The notes under the pieces: generated by a model
Databases searched by the model: none
Seen by the model: only the letters and a program-made list of their open reading frames with translations
Told to the model about the DNA's origin: nothing
Program-made: the position numbers and the translations under genes
From: Bilabrum cf. latius
Lineage: Eukaryota
NCBI GenBank assembly: GCA_965178125.1
Contig: OZ237736.1
Location: forward strand, 186,001-250,000
Direction: 5' to 3'
DNA: 64,000 bases
Shown: in pieces, positions 61,547-64,000 of the stretch
How the letters are laid out: each line of letters starts with the position of its first letter
How positions within the stretch are numbered: the first letter of the stretch is position 1

Positions 61547-61778
61547 CCGAAACTACCGATATGCCAAGAGTTTAGATGTAAATTCACATTTGGGTGCAAA
61601 AAAATCGGTACGGAACCGAACCTTCATTGACATTCCTTTCCACATCCAGCTTTGTTAGAAAATTAAATTAAAATTGTCTTCTTGTCCGCGTTTCTAGCGG
61701 TCCCTCTCCTTGTTGCCTGAAGGAGAATGACCGCCCGGTGACTGCCCGTAGATCTAATCCGAAACTCAATCGTTACAA

Positions 61779-63989
61779 TTGCGATGCAATCGTCACACAT
61801 CATGGAAGCGATCGCCGATCATGAAGGCTCAGGGTTGGGGAGATCAGGCAACTGGTTTCCTTCTGTCACGACTGAAGGTCTCGGTCCGGATCAGGGACCC
61901 AGCTACTGGCAAGACATCCAGGCCAATCCAGAAGGAGGCTGGGACCCCGCAAGGAGAAGTACTCTCACCGGCGCTCTTCCTCGTCGTCATGGGGGTCCTC
62001 CTCGAGGCCATTGCGAGAGAGCGCTCAGATTTGGGACACTCTCATGTACTGCAACCGTCACCAGGATCTAGAGGTACTCCTTGGGGACAGTGTGGCTATG
62101 CAGATGACTATGTAGCGGCAGCAACGACATGGACGGAGGCCTGTCAGGTGGTCGCGGTCGTCACTGAGCTGTTCGAACTGGCCGGACTTGAGCTTGGGTT
62201 TCGACCAGTGAGTCAATCAGGGCTCGCGAAGAAGGCTGCCATGATGCCGTTTGGACTTGCAGCCGACTCCTTTCCCCGTGGGTGGGACGACGATATCGCG
62301 TGTACAGCCACGGAAGTGAACCCATCATGGGTAGAACAGACATGGACCGTTCCCCGCGCGAAGTCGTATGTGTATCTAGGGTTGCTGATATCGACGACTA
62401 GAATCCATGCCACAGCAGCAGAGCTTGGCCCCGGCTACGAAGAGAGGGACGTGATAGCCATTGACATGGTCCCCCACGTTCGGCGGAGGGTGGCAATGGT
62501 GATGCAACAAGCATCCATCATAACCCGCGCTGCAGTTGACTGTGATTGGTCGGTTAGTCTATACTCCCAGATTCTCTATTCTGGAGCGCTCACAAGCGCG
62601 CTCTAAGGCATTGGTGTTGCTGGATGCGCCACTGGCTGGGAACACTTCCGAGGTCTGGAACAGCGGATCTCTGTGAACTACGGCGTGATCATGAATGCAG
62701 CTGTGATGAGTGTAGTGGACCGTTTCCTGGCACGCATGAGGTGGATGCTGGCCACTGGAATGGCTGACCGTATGCCATTTGCCGTCGAAGGACGTCGCTT
62801 GCCGAAAGTGGCGTTGGATTCTGAGGTATGGCTTGCGAGTGCTGCTGAAAGGACCGCACGGGACCTCTTTGAGCTCATGCGAGCCCCAGATAGGAGGGGT
62901 CTACCAGTGGTATCTCACTACATCCGGACTGCATACATGTGCCAGTAGATGTCGCAGCAGGGACCTCTTAGTGCTGCGGCGTCTCTCAGGCTTCACCTTC
63001 ATGGCAATGGAGTATCTGTTGACAACGGAGTGACTTGGCTGGGGGAGAAGGAGCTGAATCGGGCGGTGCGCCGTTGGCACTCGTCGAAGTCTGCTTCTAG
63101 CATCAGGTCTTTCAGGAACTTGAGCCCTGGATGCCACTCCGGTTAAGTCCTGGCGAGCGCAATCAGGCAGCAGAATGCAGAACAGACAGTATCACTGGAC
63201 CAGTACCATGGTCAGGTTGACGGGGTGTTCGGCCCTGGTTCACTGCCTACCACTGCAGCACTGCAACCGCGTGGCTCCGACGGGTGATTGATCCTTCGTG
63301 TCCGTGCAGGTATTTACCCTCGTTCCTGTTCCCCTACTCCAGAACTGACTGACAAGGTGGCTGTGGAGATGACTCGCCGAGAGTCATCGCTGCAGTCACG
63401 TGGTCTTCAGGCAGAGTGGGTCTCCGGTGACTGGACCAGTCGAACTTCAGAGGAGAAGGGCAAGATAAGGAAGGCATGGGCGGACCATGGCCTACGTCTT
63501 GAACCTCACCCACAACCTCTGGAGCAGGACAGGCGTGGAGTCGCCGCTGCTGAGCGAACCATTCCCACGATGCGCCGAGCAATTGCCCGCTCTAGCGCCT
63601 CTGTTGGATCGGTACGGCTTGCGACACGGGTGGTTGATGAGCTGAGTGTAAAGATCAGAACGTTTCCGTCCTGGACTGCCTGCAGGTGGTGGACTGGGGC
63701 CTCGGTGCGAGGCTGGACTGCGAGCTCATCGGATGATCTGTATGCTGCAATGCGAGCTTAGGATCGAAGGGGACATCGGGTGGCTCGCCCTTGAGGGCTC
63801 ATGCACACTCTTGAGAGGATCTGGGCGCGTGAGATGGCGACTTCGCTTCGTTGTGTCTTGCGTGAAAGGGAGTACCTGCGTCGCACATGGACGTCCCGCT
63901 GGTGGCGGATGGCATGTGTTGACGGTCCGGCTGTCCTTACGAGGATGGCTCGGGCTCACTCTCCTTCCCTCTGGTCCTTTGGTGGATGA
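61779..63989 (+). mobile_element. Degenerate, 5'-truncated non-LTR retrotransposon reverse transcriptase
   Basis: GTPQGEVLSPALF, GYADDYV, AGLEL..K and YVYLGL motifs. One frame is kept for ~2.2 kb but is interrupted by TAA 62604, TAG 62946, TAA 63144, TGA 63285 and TAG 63759. The element may extend beyond the window. Confidence 0.8.
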
Positions 63990-64000
63990 GTGGCTGAGTC

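Noticed and set aside
61779-62606. Bacterial retron, DGR or group II intron reverse transcriptase
   Set aside because: The PQG..LSP.LF / YADD / YLG layout with a long C-terminal extension fits a non-LTR element, and I saw no template-repeat pair or ncRNA.

Overview
Compact, GC-rich eukaryotic (protist) nuclear DNA with a few short GT-AG introns and a flagellar gene (RIB43A). The main result is that the window reads in a non-standard genetic code: TAG is a sense codon, most likely Gln, while TGA (15 genes) and TAA (1 gene) remain stops. By manual count roughly 85-90 in-frame TAGs, and no in-frame TAA or TGA, interrupt 16 otherwise intact genes. TAG swaps with CAG between repeat units and paralogues and sits at conserved Gln positions. 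The supplied ORF track is therefore fragmented. With TAG=Gln the window encodes a DUF6067 glycoside hydrolase-like protein, a 13-finger C2H2 protein, a sulfatase-GH16 fusion, an atypical GH32, a GT92-like protein with a 22x11-aa repeat, a cyclin-Y-like protein, RIB43A, prohibitin, three Clu-domain/TPR paralogues, a WDR13-like protein, a GH3 beta-xylosidase-like enzyme, an ankyrin protein, a coiled-coil protein and a large RCC1/CR4-repeat-LRR-Cys-rich membrane protein. The Clu/TPR genes lie in a two-step tandem amplification that left prohibitin and WD40 pseudogene fragments. A decayed non-LTR retrotransposon ends the window. All family assignments come from recalled motifs; no searches were run.
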